Shown: piece after piece, positions 12,891 to 26,509 of the stretch
Position numbering within the stretch: the first letter of the stretch is position 1
How the letters are laid out: each line of letters opens with the position of its first letter
Source: the human T2T-CHM13v2.0 reference genome, Homo sapiens
Direction: 5' to 3' (one strand)
NCBI RefSeq assembly: GCF_009914755.1
Contig: NC_060935.1
Length of the DNA: 64,000 bases
Made by a program: the position numbers and the translations under genes
Notes under the pieces: model-generated
Database searches by the model: none
The model's input: only the letters and a program-made list of their open reading frames with translations
Told to the model about the DNA's origin: nothing

Positions 12891-15159
12891 ATGGACAGTG
12901 GATGAGAAGTTTTCAAGGAAGAAATAATTCGATGTTTGAGGCCTGGAGAGGTCACTTGAGACCTTTTGAGGTCCAGCTTCTATGAGTGTTATGATGACAT
13001 ATAATTCACATTTCAAGGCAGTAAGCTGCTGTTCATTCCCTAAAGAAACTAATTTGCTTCTGTTCTTCCACAGTGAGAAGCTGTACTCTTCTCCCTACAG
13101 ACTACCTTCTTTATTATAACAGAGACTTTGTGAAATGTTCAGATGGATGATTCAGGGTGAAATCTGTGACCATTCTCAGGAAAACTATCTCATAGTACTT
13201 GTCCTGTGAAAAGAGGATGAGATACACCAAGTGCATTTTCTCCTCCTCCTCCTAATCCTCCTCCTACATTTTAGCATCATCATCATCATGAAAGCTGGAA
13301 AACTCCTCTAGTTTCCAGCAAATCATTTAGCCTTTCTCATCATATTGCCTCTATTTGTAAAATAAGATGGTTGGATCAGGCTATTTCTGCAGTCCTCCTC
13401 AGCTTTAAAATTTGAGAGAATTGTAAAATTAATCACAGTGAGCTCACTCTGTATAAGACACAGGGAAAAGAGCATGACTATAAATCATAATCCTTACCCT
13501 CAAGGGGCCTAAAACTAGAGTGAATCTGGAAAACTGGGAATCACAACAAAAATTAACAGAAAACATCACTAGGAAATACTAAAATCTTAATATGATCTTA
13601 TATGATATTTAATAATATTTACCATTGAAGGTTAGATTGGGCTATTTACCTCTTTCCTTTATCAGATAACCCTTTACTTCACTACCTCTGCCCATATACT
13701 CTTTCATTTTCATTTTTCAAAATTATATTTTTGATTCAAAGCCCAAGCCTCAAATACCTTCTCCAAAAGGCTTCCTTCCCTCAACAAAAAGGATCTCACC
13801 ATTCTTTATATTCCAGGTTTACTTTCTGATTTACCCGTACAGTATCATAGCCTGGAGGCTCCTGAGATGCATTCTTTTTTGGAAGGGGCCTGATTTTGAA
13901 GTCTGACTCAGCCACTGATTAGTGAGCAGGCTTTCCTAAATCTTCCTTTCCTCTCTAGTAAAGTAGGTCAGATCGTAATCTCTTCCTCACAGGACCATTG
14001 TGCAAATTAAAGGAGATAACGTGAATGGTTTGGTAGCAACTCAATGAATGTATCTGAATCCTCCCGTCAATTTACTCTGCTGTCCATTATAGTCAGTTAT
14101 GTATCTGTTTTATCCTGTCTGGTCGAGAATGGAATCTGAGGACCAAAACTCCTCTCTTACTCATCTCTGTGCATTTTCCTCTTTGCCCCTGCCCCTTCCT
14201 CCAACCCAGTACCTAGCATGGTTTCTTCATTTATGTGTAAATTTTATCAAAGTGGTGTCAGTCTGTGCAAATCATCTGCTGAAGTCTGTTAAGAACGTTC
14301 AGCAATATACACTTCAACAGTAACAGGGACAGTGTGGAAAACCCTTGTTTTCTTCCTACTCTCCAATTCTTCTGCCTCTTTCCACTGCTTTGGAGAGGAG
14401 GTTACAATCAGAGTCATTTCACCATAAGAAAATCATCAATTTTCTAATGAAAACCCCCCTCCTTAAATATTCAGCCGTGGCACAATCCCTAAAGGAGAGA
14501 ACACATTAATGCAATGCACTTGGCCAATTTGTGAGCCCTGACTTGTTGAGCACAGACTCTTCCCTGACCCTGGAAGACAATCGGCAGGACCCCTGAATAA
14601 TGAAGTATGAATGCTCACCATTGTGCTATCTCTAGCTACACCAGCTTCTACCTAATCTTTTTTTTCCTTTTCATTGCTCTCCTTTGCAACTTCCTAAGGA
14701 TTTGGCCATTTTCCACTGTGTCCAACCTACGAAGCTGTAAATACCTGACTGAGAAACACAAAATGTGTTTATAGGACTTCTGATGGCTTCTCATCTAAAC
14801 CATAAATGTGAAATGCATTTCAACATTTCTCAGAAAACACCCCATCCCCCAGATTCAATTGGCAGCACAAATTTACTTCTCAGAAGACAGCACCAAAATC
14901 TCAACATTGGCATTTTGAATCAAGCACACACACGCAGCTGCATTGTGTTAACAAAAGTGAAACATTATTAGGTCGCATACTCTGAGTGACAATATCCTCG
15001 AATGATCATTTCTGTGAGAAATTAAGCTATGAGAAATTCAATTTGGTAGCATTTGGGCATTACAGACAGCTAGTCTGTTTATATCAGCAAGGCTTTGATG
15101 TTAAGACTCTGTAACTGCAGCCACAGGAAAAGCAGACTGAATACAGGGTGGATAAGGTC

Positions 15160-15365
15160 ACAGATATAAAAATCAGATAGAGTTCTGTTCTATTATCTAC
15201 ATAGTGTGTACTTTGGGAAGTTACTTAATATTTCTAAGCCTCAGTTTCCTCATAAAAATAAAAATGGCAAGCAATATGAAAACTATCTAATAGAATATTT
15301 GTGACACTAAATTGTAATAATGTATATAAATCACTTAGCCTAGTATGTGGCATTTATTAACACTC
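15160..15365 (+). mobile_element. MIR SINE relic
   Basis: CTTTGGGAAGTTACTTAATATTTCTAAGCCTCAGTTTCCTCAT MIR core. Confidence 0.75.
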
Positions 15366-15796
15366 AAGCAAAAGTGTAATTTTTTAAAAAAAGACTCTTA
15401 TATCCCTTACATGACAGAAATATTAAGACCAAAATGGTTACTGAGCCCTCAAAGGTATTATCTCATTCTGGCTGAGCTATCTGGACCTGGAGAAAAGTCT
15501 AGAAAGACTCTATTTCACTCCAAGTTTCTTGACCCTATCTTTATTTTTTATCTTCTATCCACTAGGACCTGTGATCAGGCCAGGATTAACCAGTGTTCTC
15601 TAGGATTAACGTTTTTGGCAGCTGGGGATGATTGCCTAAGATAATTGTTTTTGTGTCTGCCTCTCCTGCTAGAATGCAAACTCTCAAGGGCAGGACATAT
15701 GTCTTTCTTTATCCTACCTGTTAGTGATCAACAGGAGAAGGCCACTGCTTAACTGTTAGTGTCAGGTCAGCTCCAAGCTGGTACTTCTTAGGAACT

Positions 15797-15862
15797 CTTT
15801 TCTTTTCTTTTTCTTTTTCCTTCCTTCCTTCCATTTCTTTCTCTTTCTTCCTTCCTTCCTTC
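15797..15862. repeat. (TTTTC)n/(TTCC)n polypyrimidine simple repeat
   Basis: Read directly. Confidence 0.9.
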
Positions 15863-18349
15863 TGTGATAACTAATTTATCTCATAGATGAAAAGGACTAG
15901 GAAGCCCTTGCCATCATGCCATGTATTTTATTTACATGCTTCATCTCATATAAGCTTCATAATGATTTATGAGATAAACCATTTCTGTTATTCCCATAGT
16001 ATATACAAGAGAAGTGGAGATTACAAGGGTTAAATAAATTTGTCAAAGGTCTTCCAGCAAGTGACTGAGCCTGAATCCCAAACCAGACCTTGCTTTGTAT
16101 ATAATTTACAAGTATTGATGGATGTAATGAAGCTGGATAATTGCTATGAAATATTATTTATGGATTTCCCTATTATGTTTTCAGTTTTTATATGTATCTT
16201 ATCCCAGATCACAGCAACTGACTCCCCTTGAAAGTTAGAGAGCTCAAAACTGATTTATCAATACAACCACCTCATATGACCAGATTTTCACAGGGTCAAA
16301 TCTGGTCCTTTTATTCTCAGAGTTCAAGTCTCAACATTAAAATGTATAGCATCAGTATAACCTACCCTGTAGAAAGCTCCCCAATATGTAGCAAGGCATG
16401 CTCCTTACCCCACACATCCTTACTGGCCAGAGGTTTCTAGAGGAGGAGATCCTATATGCAATGTTGGTCCACTATCTCTCCATTTTTCTATGGCTTAAGT
16501 AAAAGAAGATATTGACTTTGGGATGTCAGCTCAGAGACTGAACAAAGATGCCTCAGTGAATAGGAATATATGCTCTTAGCTGGGGAGTAAATGCCAGCTT
16601 TCACTTAAAATACATCCAGGGACCTTACTTCCAGCAAAAATCCCTTCCAAAATTGAGGCCCTAAGAGATCACTAGAGATATGTGAAAGACCTCTGTACTT
16701 GGTCCCACAACAGGCCAAGTTTGTATTAATTCTCAGGTGAAGACACATGAAACAGGTTTAACCTATTTTCAGATAGCCCAGAAATCAGTCAGTGGGGAGC
16801 CAAGAAAAGCTTTGAGGATGATAAAGTCATTTACTTTGTATTAACAGAAGTTAAGAAGTCCTTTTCTGGAATCTTTATTTGGAAGTCCTCAATGCCTCCC
16901 TAACCAAAATAAATCCTTCCCCCCGCCTCTTTTCTTCATAAGCCCCTGGTTACTGCACAGTATCCTCTATCCACAAATATGCCTGGCTAATTGATCCTCT
17001 TAATATTAGGGGGTGACTTTCTCAGATGATTTCTTCCTAACCTTTTTGGCTGCTTATAATCCTATTAGCAAGCTCCTATCATAGAACATTAATGTGGTTG
17101 TATCTGATTTAATTTTTAGCCAATACCCTACAAAATGCAGTAGCTTATTAGTGATTTTTATGTCATGTGGTTTTAGCAAAATTGAATGATAATGGGATGT
17201 GATTGGGTGGAAAATTATAGCAATAGGGTGCTTGGCTTCTATAATTGCAGCATAGGCTTTAGTTAGGAATGGGACTATCAGAATTTCTTTTACTTAAAAG
17301 TGATTTCTAAGGCATGGAAAAATCACTGTGTATTTACAATTTATCCAGTAGATGATTAAGTGGCTTTCACTGGTGGATAGTGAGACAGCCTTGCAAATCA
17401 TAGAGACGATCAAGGAAAGCAGAGGGAAGATAACAGTGGCATTGTCTCATCTGAAGCTTCATTTATTTCTCTCCCCCATAAATGAAGTAGAAAGGGATAT
17501 AGGATCATGGCAGTAATGGTGGTCTTATCTAAAATAAACTTATTAAATGAGACAGATTCTTTATTAACTAGTCAGGAGTCAAATGATTAAACAGCTTTTC
17601 TTGCCATTGAATTTCTAGCAGAAATCAATGTACATTATACAGTTGCAGCAGCTGAGATTGCAAAAGCCCAAGGACAGCGTAAAGACTGATTTACTGAAAT
17701 ATTTTATCAGCATAATGGTCAAGAGATGCAGTTCAGTTTGTCTGTGGAGTACAGCTTATCTTATTCATTGTTGTATGTGTTAGAAAAGCTACTTGCATAA
17801 TCTTCCCAATTGTAATATTCCTGCTGCAAAACCATAACTGTTCCAACCGAAAAGAATTGTCCACATTCAGGATATTTTTAAGAATGAAAAATTGGTTTAT
17901 GGGGACTTAAATATTGTCATTCAACTGTAGACAGTGCTACCCAATGGGTTTGGCATGGTTGACGACCAATGCGATGACAAAGGGTTGTTAGACACAATGC
18001 CAGGTGCTGGCTGTACCTCTGCACAACACGTAAGAGGCACAGAAAAGACTGCAGTTTATGCTCTTGCATAATTCAAACAACTCACTTGAGCTTGTATGCA
18101 AACTTTTTTTAATGCCTACAGCTTTTGGGAGTTTGTACAAATAATTGTCTTTCCAATCTAAAATTAAGAGAATGATGTAAAGTTTAAAAAGAAGAAAAAA
18201 TATAAACTTAAAGTACAATGGTCAGCAGCTGAAGAATTTCCTTCTCCTTGATTATCAGTAAAGAAAGTTTATTTAATTACTTGTGAAATGTCTGCTTCTA
18301 AAAAGGATTTAAAGTGGCTTACAATAAAAGCCATATATAATCAAAAAAC

Positions 18350-18946
18350 CACTTATCTAATACTATGTAATCAAACTAATCCAAGAGTTAATGGTATAAA
18401 ATAACAAGCACTTTTTTCTGCTCACAATTCTGTGTGTCAGGACTTGGGAAACGAAACAGTAGGATGGTTTGCCCTTGCTCCACAATTTACTGGGGTGATT
18501 TGAACAACTGCAAATTTCTGGGATCATATATCTAGAGCCTCAGGTTGTATGGGTCTTCTCCATGCCACCCCTGCTAGGGATGGAATGCTCAGAGTGGCCC
18601 TTCAATTATGTCTTTGGTTCTGCTGGAATGACTAGGACAGCTGGGGCTCCTCAGGACTTTGATGGACTCTTCCCAGGCAGCTTCCTCACAGTATGTCATC
18701 TTGGGATAGTTGGGCTTAACATGGCAGCTAGTTGTCCCTCGTGATCCGAGATGCATGAGCAGAAGCTGGAAAACTTCTAAAGAATGAACCTCTGAAGTCC
18801 CAGAACCTTCCATGTGTATCCTCCATCACATTCTAGTGGTCAAACAGATCACTAAGGCAGCCTTGACTCAAAGGAGATAAATTAGACAGTACTTCTCAGT
18901 GGAAAAGAGTAGCCCCGAATATGCAGTCATCTTAATTTACACCACA
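18350..18946 (-). mobile_element. MaLR solo LTR, MLT1F/G/H-like
   Basis: GCTCACAATTCTGTGTGTCAGGAC...ACATGGCAGCT...CACATTCTAGTGGTCAA...GCAGTCATCTTAATTTACACCACA, old MLT1 antisense architecture. Confidence 0.75.
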
Positions 18947-19337
18947 GGCATAAGGTGATTAGTAATGATAATTTTAAAGTAAGAGGAGCTGTACCATTGA
19001 GGAGACAATTATCCTAGAAAAAGAGGTTAATGACACCTTCTACTATAAGCACAGAATTTAACCTTGAACTTCCTAGTGATCAAGGAAAAAGAAAAAGGAA
19101 GAACCAGCAACATAATGTTTATTATTTCAAAAAATTAGAGAAAGGTTTTTTCTCAATTATTTTCCAAAGACTAGAATAATAATCAGCAAATATAGAGCAT
19201 GACATGTGTATTTTATACAGTTCCTTTCTTCCTAAATCTCCCTGTTTGTCTCAGTATCCCAGCCTACCTTTGTGGTGGTAGTCATTCTAGATAGGAAAGT
19301 TACTGCTTAGAATGCAGGCTGAGACTAAGAGGGGTGG

Positions 19338-19460
19338 AAGAAAGAAAGAGGAGAAATGAGGGTAAGCTGAGACAAACACAAAGAAAAAAAATAAATGAGC
19401 ACAGAGAGAGAAAGAGAGGGAACAAGAGAGAGCAAGAGAGATAGTGAGACAGAGAGAGAA
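19338..19460. repeat. GA-rich low-complexity tract
   Basis: Read directly. Confidence 0.85.
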
Positions 19461-20257
19461 CTAGGCAGACAGAGTTTGGCTTGCTCGAACTCAAATGTCT
19501 CTAGGACTTGTTTGGCAGGTACCTAAAATATCTGCAACACATGAAGCCAAAATGATAGAAAGAAGTGGATCCTCTGTCAAATGGAAATGTGCATGCCTCA
19601 TCTAAAAGCACTGTTGTTTTTTATTATTGATTTAATGCCAAATATACCCATTTTTATGGCTGACTTTAGGCTGCTGCTGAATGTCAGGTTATATCGCTTG
19701 AATTTGCTTCTGTGGAGAAATTCTGAGCTCTGAGTATGAATAATTATACTGCTGGATTTTTCAGGTCCCTCTTGGTAGAGAGACCCTCCAGGATGGCATT
19801 GAGGGCTGATCATAGGGATTCACATAAGTGACCTCCTTCTGTTCTCAGCTACTGAGAAATAGGACCTATCATCTTCTGAAATACTCACTTTGGAAAAAAT
19901 AAGAGGAGAATTATTATTGCCCATAAGGGATAAAATAATGAACTAAATGAAGCTAGTGCCAAATACTCTTGCTGATCCAGAGCCTTAGAACTGAGAAATG
20001 CATCAATGTATTTTGTAATGCAAGCTACCACCATGCCATTTACCTCTGATTGTTACCTTTTGGACATCTAATGTACTAAAAAACAAAAAATGACCATGAT
20101 GTGTTCTTTACTAATAGAAATACAAGCAATGTTAGCACTCCTCAAATTCTGACCAAAGGGTTATTTTCCTTTTCTTCCTCCTCCTCCTTTTAATGGGCTA
20201 TCATTAGAACCAATAAATACTCAGAAAAGTGTCATAGCTTCTTGTTTACTTTCTTTT

Positions 20258-20372
20258 AAAAAATGTGTATATTTAAGGTATACAACATTGTTTTGATATG
20301 CATATACATAGCGAAATAATTACTACAGCTAAGCAAATTAACGTTTCATCACGTTCCATAGTTACCGTGTGT

Positions 20373-20414
<42 letters not shown>

Positions 20415-22056
20415 GTGTGTGGTAAAAAGCACCTGAAATCTACTCTCAGCAAATTTTCAGTGCACAAAACAATATTATTAACTACAGTCCTCATCCTATA
20501 CATTAGATCTCTAGATTTATTTATTCTACCTGACTGCAATTTGTACTTTTTGATCTATTTCTCCTTGCCTCCCACTTCCTGCCTTTGGTAACCAACATTC
20601 TACTCTGTTTCTATGTATTTGACTTTTGTAAAATATTACATGTATAAATGATATCATGCAGTATTCTTTTTCTGTGTTTGGCTTATTTGACTTAGCATAA
20701 TGTCCTCCAGGTTCATTCAGTTGTTGCAAATGGCAGTATCTCCTTTTTAAGGGCTGAATAATATTTCTTTATACATTAATCTGTTGAGGTTTACTTACAT
20801 TGTTTCTATATCTTGGTTATTGTGAATATGCTACAATGAATATAGAAGTGCAGCTGTCTCTTCAACATACTTACTTCATATTCTTTGGATATATACCCAA
20901 TAGTAGACTTGCTGGATTAAATGCCGATTCTATATGGTAGTTCTAGCTTTAATTTTTTGAGAGACCTACATACTATTTTCTATAATGTTTTACCAGTTCA
21001 TATTCTCATCCACAGTGTACAAGCGTTCTTTTTTCTCTTCACCTTCACCAACACTTATCTTTTTGATAAAAGCCATTCTAAAAGATATGAGGTGACATCT
21101 CATTGTAGTTTTGATTTGCATTTTTCTGATGGTTAGTAATGTTGTGCACCTACATCATAATCTGTAGAAGAACACTGAAAGTGCTTTCTCTAAAATCTGA
21201 ACAAGTACAAGGTACAAGGCAAGGATGCCTATTGTCAACACTTTTATTCAACATAGTTCTAGAAGTTCTAGCCAGAGTAGTCAGAAAATAAATAAATAAA
21301 TAAATAGCATACAAATCAGAAAGGAATAAGTAAATTTATTTGTCTGCAGATGCCATAATTCTATATATCTAGGAGCTTAAAGCCTCCACCAAAAACAAAA
21401 CAAAACAAAAACCTGTTAGAACTAACAACTGCATTGAGTAAAGAAACAGCATACAAAATCAACATATAAAAATCAGTTGCATTTCTTTATATAAGGATCT
21501 TTCTGAAAAATAAATCAAAGAAACAATCTTATTTACAATGGCATCAAAAATTAAAATATTGAGAAATAAATTTAACCAAGATCTTCACAAACAAAACTAT
21601 AAAATATTGATGAAAAACACTGAATAAGACACAAACAAATGGAAAGACATCCTGTGTTCATGGATTATAAGAATTAATATTGTTAAAATGTCTGTATTAT
21701 CCAAAGCCATATACAGATTCAACACAATCCTTACCAAAATTTCAGGGGCATTTTTCATAGAAACAGGAAAAACAAATCTAAAATTCGTTTGGAACCACAA
21801 AAAAACCCAAATGGCCAAAACAACCTTGAGAAAGAAAAACAAAGTTGGAGGCAACACCCTGCCTGATGTTAAATTATATTACAAAGTTATAGTAATCAAA
21901 ATAGTATGGTACTGGTATACAAACAGAAACATAGGCCAATGGAACAGAATAGAGAGCCCAGAAATAAACCCAAGCATATAAAGTCAACTAATTTTCAATA
22001 AGGCCATAAAGAAGAAACGGTGAGGAAAGGATAGTCCCTTCAGTAAATTATGCTGG
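20258..22056 (-). mobile_element. 5'-truncated, 5'-inverted old LINE-1 (L1MA8/L1MA9-like); 3' part on - (20258-~21165), inverted ORF2 part on + (~21165-22056)
   Basis: Antisense L1MA-type 3'UTR (TACATTAGATCTCTAGA; embedded (GT)n) switches to sense ORF2. ORF 21688-21981 ([14 protein letters not shown]...[20 protein letters not shown]) is ORF2p. Possible TSD TACT(C)TTTCTTTT at 20247 and 22057. Confidence 0.85.
20367..20421. repeat. (GT)n microsatellite inside the L1MA 3'UTR
   Basis: Read directly. Confidence 0.97.
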
Positions 22057-24812
22057 TACTCTTTCTTTTTAATCAAAAATATTTTTTCTTAAAAAGTACA
22101 CTTTTTAATAAAAATAAAACATGCTCCTTTCTATTGCCACAGTTTCTCTCTTCCTTTTTTACAATTATGTGGCAGAGGCTGACAGTGTTTCTAATTTTCT
22201 GAACTCCCCTTAGGTAATACATGTTTGTTTTCTAGCAGAGTATATGGCAACCCAATTTTTCTTTTGCTAGTCTCTTCAAATTTAATTATTTTGTTTTTTC
22301 CAGTTGTGAGGGAGTCAAACCTGGACATGCTTTATATCTATACCCCCATGGCTCTCCCTGCAGTGTGCCATGTGACAATGTGCTCTTTCCATCATAATGC
22401 ATCACTTCAATTTAGACCTCACTTTATGTCCAAAGCAGATTTTTTTCAAAGACTGAAGCTGCAGTTCCTTTGATGCCTAAATTAAATGTTAACTAATAGT
22501 CAATTTTTCAGATTCCACTCAGGCTATACGAAGTTGGGAAAGAGTCCAGATACCTAGTGGGTCATTTTGAAACAAGTAACTCAAATGTCAATAGATACTA
22601 GCCTTTGCTGAGATATGCAAAGTTCATCTGAGTTTCCCCAAATGATGTAGATTCTAAATAGTTTCGATCCTTAATGTTTTCTTTGCTGGTCAGTTTTCTC
22701 TGATTCATTGATTGGGAAAAATTAGGTAAGATACAAGAAATTGGACCTCTTTAGATTGGGGTTGATTATCATGAATAAATAATTTGAACTTTCTAGTAAA
22801 ATGGCCCTGATGGTTTCCATTCATGTATTTGCCAATTAGTTATCTGTATTCCATAAGAAAAAAGGTTTTAGTTCCTATTAACACATTTTACCATTCAGTT
22901 TTAATTGCAGTCATAGACATTTGTACTCTAATGTAACAGAACAAAAGATATCATGAAAAAATGAGTTCTATGGGAAAGAGAAAAAAATCATTTCATCTTA
23001 GACAAGGAAAATGTATTACAAGTGGGAGCATTCTAAATCCTTAGGTTTCATGAGTATTCCATTTTTCTTGTTAATAGACAGCTGTGCTTTTTATGAACTT
23101 CTAAGAGTTGACCAACTTTAGTCAGAGTTGGAGTTATTAAAGGCTGAGGACAGAAGACATAGACTCTCTCCAAAGTGGGCATTTGCAGTGTGGAATTACA
23201 GTAAGCGTTCTCATCAACCTTTAGATTGACATTCGCAGTAATGGAATTTATTGTCATTCACTCCCTGCCACAAAGAGTCTAGAATTAAAAGGTCTTGTCC
23301 TTCATTGTTAAATACTGATAATTTTCCCCCCTTCAGAATCTTTTGTGAAGCTCTTGCTGGTCCAACTGATACTATTTTTCTTCTAATGAAAAATTTCTTT
23401 CCTCTGTAATTCATTTTAAAGGGACCCCAGCAAGTACCCAAACAGGCAACACCTATGTGTAACCAGGCAGAGAGAATGGACCAGAGAAGGGACCCTTTTT
23501 AAATGAGGTTATAGGGATGGATAAACGCAGGGGACCCCAAGCAATTGTATATCTCAGGGAATCATGGGATTATATGGTCACTTAAAGTGGAAGTTTAGTA
23601 GAGTCTTAGAAGACTCACCAAGTCCTAACAGGTGAAAGACAGAAGCCAAGGTATACCTTAAGACAGTATTGACAAGGAGACAAGAGGCTTCTGGAGTCTG
23701 GGATTGCACTGAAGAAAGGGAGTGGAAACTGCAGTCCCCACGTTATGAGACTTTGGTAAGATTTCTGAAAGCTTTGTTACTTCAAATTTTTTTTTGTTAT
23801 TTTTATTACCACTGTTGGTGTACCTGAGTGAGAAAACTTATTAAAGGGGAAGAACTTGGGTACCCTGCATCTTCCCACAGCTAGACTTGAAAGGATTTAA
23901 TCTCTAAAGGAAAGAGTGTTAGTGGCTGCTGGAAGAATGAGAATGAGAACATAAACAAGCTGAGTCATTTGTGCTCACAAAGAATAGGCTGGTGGATGTG
24001 AGCTGAGCAACAGACCAAGAAGTTTGACACTCACAAAGTCCTTGTGGTCTCTCTACGTCTATAACTCACTAACACAATTACAAGCACCGTGTCCATTTTA
24101 ATGAAAAAATTAGGGCCATTGGAAGAATAATAGTTTAGCAGAATTAATATTTTACATGATTAATTAAATATTATTTTATCTTTAAACCAACATTCTCACA
24201 GCATTGGTCTCATAAGAGTAAATGAGGTGTCATTTGTATCTATTATTTTTGAAATGTCTATTTTGCAAAATTTTAAGAGTGAGGCATGATTTTGGAAGGA
24301 AAGATGCTTTCATTAATGGCTTAGATTTCTGACATTGCTTATAAGTAAGAATTATTTGAGAGGTCCTAACAAATAATAATAATTAAGAATTAAAAGAAGC
24401 TTTATTTGAAAGAAAACACTGATTCATGCTATGGTTTCCTCTTTGTATATAACCCAAAGATTACAGGGTACTAAATATCACTTGAGAGATGAATATACCC
24501 GAAATAGCAAATAGGCACTAATTATGTAAATATATTTTTTAGCAAGAGAAACACGTTTTTGTGGATTTATTAATCCTAGGAAAAGAGAAGAAAAAGCCAT
24601 TATAGGGGGAAAATAACGAGAAAAAGAGAGAGCGACCAGGAGAAGATATTGAAAAAGCACTGAAGCTCAAGCACAGATTTACTAGGTATCAGATGAACCA
24701 GTGATTAGGCTTATCATAAGACCAAAAAATACCTGCCTACTAGTTCTTGTGTTACTTAATATTATCTTATTAAAAATATTTTTGGGGTATTCTCTTAACT
24801 TATTGGTATTAG

Positions 24813-25245
24813 TGAAGCAGGGTGTTTCCCCTATCTCTTCATGAAACTCACAGCAGGAGTACCTCGTTTACTCAGCCCGCTGCTCTCAACTACTTGCGGG
24901 AGGGAGTGCATAAGTGAACGAACCAGGACCTGGAGTTCATGAGTGCTAGAACCGGCTGGCCTGGCCACTCTGTCACCCGCGGCATCAAATTCTCTGATGT
25001 CCAGCCATAGTCTTTGATGTCCACCTGCTTCTCCCCTCTGCTGGCTGAGCCTGGGGTCTTTATAAGGCACAGGATGGGGTGAGTCAGGGCCATGGGTGGT
25101 TTACGAAAAGGCAGCATTCCAGTGGGAAAACATGGATATAAGTTCTCACTTTGGGCCCCATCTCAGGCTTTTTGGCTTGAGAGTGGAATTTCGCCAGGGA
25201 CCCACCCCTCTCTGCCTAGAATTATTCTGCCTCCTGTTGCTATCA
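24813..25245 (-). mobile_element. ERV1 MER4-group solo LTR (LTR27/LTR28/MER52-like)
   Basis: TG...CA termini. The reverse complement starts TGATAGCAACAGGAGGCAGAATAATTCTAGGCAGAGAGGGG, with a TATA-like CTTATAAAGACCCC. 4-bp TSD TTAG/GTAG (1 mismatch). Confidence 0.82.
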
Positions 25246-25254
25246 GTAGTATAA

Positions 25255-25600
25255 TTTGGTAAAACCATTCTTGAGGGCATTTGGCAAAATATACACAAAG
25301 CCTTAAAACCCAGCATATTTTGTTCACTCTAATTCTTTTTTCCTGGAGAAACATGCACACCACATAAGCATGTTTCCTAATGTGAATAAATGAAAGTGAC
25401 CTAAAATTCTGATGATAGAAAATTAGATAAATAATCTATAATATATTCAGAAGATTGAATACTCTGTAGCTATTAAATAAAGGTTATAGAAGATTAATTA
25501 TATGGGAAAAATTATCATAATAAATTAAATAAATGAGGTAGCTATTTCATAGTGCTAGAGCTCACAGCACTAGAAAAGTGTGAAGAATCTAAAAGTCGTA
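25255..25600 (+). mobile_element. Very old L1M (L1ME-like) fragment
   Basis: AACCATTCTTGAGGGCATTTGGCAAAATATAC...GAATACTCTGTAGCTATTAAA resembles the ORF2 end/3'UTR of old L1M. Confidence 0.5.
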
Positions 25601-25744
25601 TATAATGCACTGGAAGGAAGAAATACAACTTTGCTGAAGGATGCCTGAAAATATTGATTGTGTGTTTCACTGATTTCTACTAGGTCAGAAGGAAACTACT
25701 TGCTCAAAAGGAGACCAGAGGAATGAAAATGTGTAAGACTTTGA

Positions 25745-26255
25745 TTTGTTCATTCATTATTCATTTACTTATTCATCTATTCATTCAGCCATCACTTTTC
25801 AAATGCCTACCACACGCCAAGCACTGGGCTAGATACAAAGTATGACTGAAGAGTGAGGAGTGATGAAACTAGATAAGCACAAAGAAATGGCTCAAGAAGA
25901 TTCTCTACACGCCTTGTACCTGATTTGGGGTAATATTTCGGGCAACGAGGAGTCATTGATGAATTTTTGGTAGGGAAATGACAAGGTTAGATTTTTACAT
26001 TAGACCATCTTGGCAGCAGTTGGGAGGATGGACCATAGGAGGAGAGGACTAAAGTATGTAGTGATTAGGCTTTTGGGGTAGTAAAGTGAGCACCAGGGAG
26101 GCCTGGAACCAAGGCAGTTGCCCAGGATATAGAAACAAGGGCAAATATTCAAAAGATACTTAGGAATTATAATTCAACATAGAGACTAATTGTTTATACA
26201 GTGCACAGGAATGGACACAGTTTTTGATACATCTTGGGTTTTTAATTTGGATGGA
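25745..26255 (-). mobile_element. LINE-2 3' fragment
   Basis: (ATTC)n tail followed by TGCCTACCACACGCCAAGCACTGGGCTAG, then purine-rich L2 antisense body. Confidence 0.75.
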
Positions 26256-26509
26256 GAACAGAAGAGTTTGGCAAAATATTTTGAATAGCACTCTATGGCA
26301 CTTCATACTTTTTTAGTATCTCTATATACATATATGTGCTTAGATACAAACTCTATCATAGGAGCTTTTTCAATACAGAAAAGCTGGTTTTAATCCTCTA
26401 CTATGGACGTTTTTTTGTTGTTCACCTCACTCTCTATGGCTTCCTTTGATAAAGTCAGACATTTGCCACTGAAGTTTAAACTTCTAAAATTTCTGATGGA
26501 AATGTAGAA

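Noticed and set aside
23450-24110. Possible very old LTR (Gypsy/ERVL-like)
   Set aside because: Purine-rich and LTR-like in feel, but I could not fix termini, TSD or family.
24831-25117. Overlapping 75-79 aa ORFs
   Set aside because: Wholly within an ERV1 solo LTR.
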